DNA of 64,000 nucleotides from Plasmodiophora brassicae (Eukaryota): NCBI GenBank assembly GCA_036867785.1, contig CP145423.1, positions 186,001 to 250,000 of the forward strand, read 5' to 3'. Shown piece by piece: positions 63,204 to 64,000 of this stretch (position 1 is its first letter; each line of letters starts with the position of its first letter). The notes under the pieces were generated by a model. It saw only the letters and a program-made list of their open reading frames with translations, ran no database searches and was not told where the DNA came from. The position numbers and the translations under genes were made by a program.

Positions 63204-64000
63204 CTATCGTAATGGGTTGAGATCGGCGCCAAGGCGGATCTCGTCGGGTGTCACGACATGGCCGCAGCGCTTATAGGCGGAGATGAAGGCGTTGGTGGCG
63301 ACATTGTCGTCGGCGAGCAAGGCGTTGGCCTGTGCGTACTGGAAGAGGGTTTGCAGGGATGACAGGTCATTGCAGCGGCCGCAAGCGGCGACGACGGTGG
63401 TCAGGACAGGGGCGTCAACGGGGATGCTCTGGGCGGCCATGGTCTGGATTAGCGACATTGCTTGCGATACACGGTCGGCTTTTGCGAGCGCGTGCAACGC
63501 GATCGTGCAGGTCTCCAACGATAGCGGTGGGCCGGTTGCCTGAAGGGCGTCGAACACCCGGGCTGCGTCCACGAACATGCCATGATGGCTGAACGCGGCC
63601 ATCATCGCGCTGAACGTCGGCGCATCAGGCGCTGACGTTTCGCATCGGCGACGGAACGTCTGCTCGGCGGCGCCGATGTCGCCGCAATGATCGTACGCTG
63701 ATATGAACGTGCAGACGACAACGTCACTTGATAGGAAGCCCTTGTCGCTTGCGTAGTCGTACAGATCGTGGACGGCGGCGATATCCGATGACCTTCCGCA
63801 TGCGGCGACGAGACAGCCGAATACTGGCACGGCGACCTCGAACTGCTCCTGTGCCATGAAGTGGAATAGCGACATGGCGTCCTTGGCGCGGCCATCCTTC
63901 GACAGGACGGAGAGGACGTTCGTGCATATCTCCACCGAGAGCGTCAGCCCAGCGTCCCGGACGAAGTCGAACGTTTCGATGGCCTTCGACAGCATGCCAC
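63204..64000 (-). CDS. PPR protein, 5'-truncated by the window edge
   Basis: PPR motifs (CTNVLSVLSKDGRAKDAMSLF, VVCTFISAYDHCGDIGAAEQTF, FSAMMAAFSHHG) very similar in style to 14060-16405. Confidence 0.88.
   Translation of the reverse strand, partial: GMLSKAIETFDFVRDAGLTLSVEICTNVLSVLSKDGRAKDAMSLFHFMAQEQFEVAVPVFGCLVAACGRSSDIAAVHDLYDYASDKGFLSSDVVVCTFISAYDHCGDIGAAEQTFRRRCETSAPDAPTFSAMMAAFSHHGMFVDAARVFDALQATGPPLSLETCTIALHALAKADRVSQAMSLIQTMAAQSIPVDAPVLTTVVAACGRCNDLSSLQTLFQYAQANALLADDNVATNAFISAYKRCGHVVTPDEIRLGADLNPLR

Overview
Gene-dense, GC-rich eukaryotic (protist) DNA with many short (~50-70 nt) GT-AG introns. The combination of chitin synthase, plant-like PPR genes and signal-peptide ankyrin/kinase genes suggests a plasmodiophorid such as Plasmodiophora brassicae (inference, not verified). 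The housekeeping backbone comprises chitin synthase, a giant kinase/pseudophosphatase, PheRS-alpha, a PA-domain 7TM protein, two PPR genes, a UPF0390 protein, FIG4, a glycosyltransferase, a ~10.6 kb giant gene, a KDM5-like JmjC gene, SDHB, an MMADHC-like gene, MSH6, PGM3 and DNAJC7. Two accessory insertions interrupt it. (i) An intronless secreted-protein gene (2533-3384) is bracketed by a ~600 bp direct duplication of the converging 3' ends of its two neighbours. (ii) A ~12 kb island (about 36.5-48.4 kb) holds three copies of a spliced signal peptide + Pro-rich linker + atypical (HGDLN) kinase gene, an inverted pair of intron-containing bacterial-type Uma2 endonuclease genes, abutting perfect palindromes, a secreted ankyrin pseudogene and repeated fragments. 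Other notable items are a secreted ML-domain/cathepsin B fusion lacking all three catalytic residues and an SDHB His-to-Lys change at the SDHI-fungicide site. Exon boundaries were deduced by eye, and multi-exon gene ends are approximate where stated.
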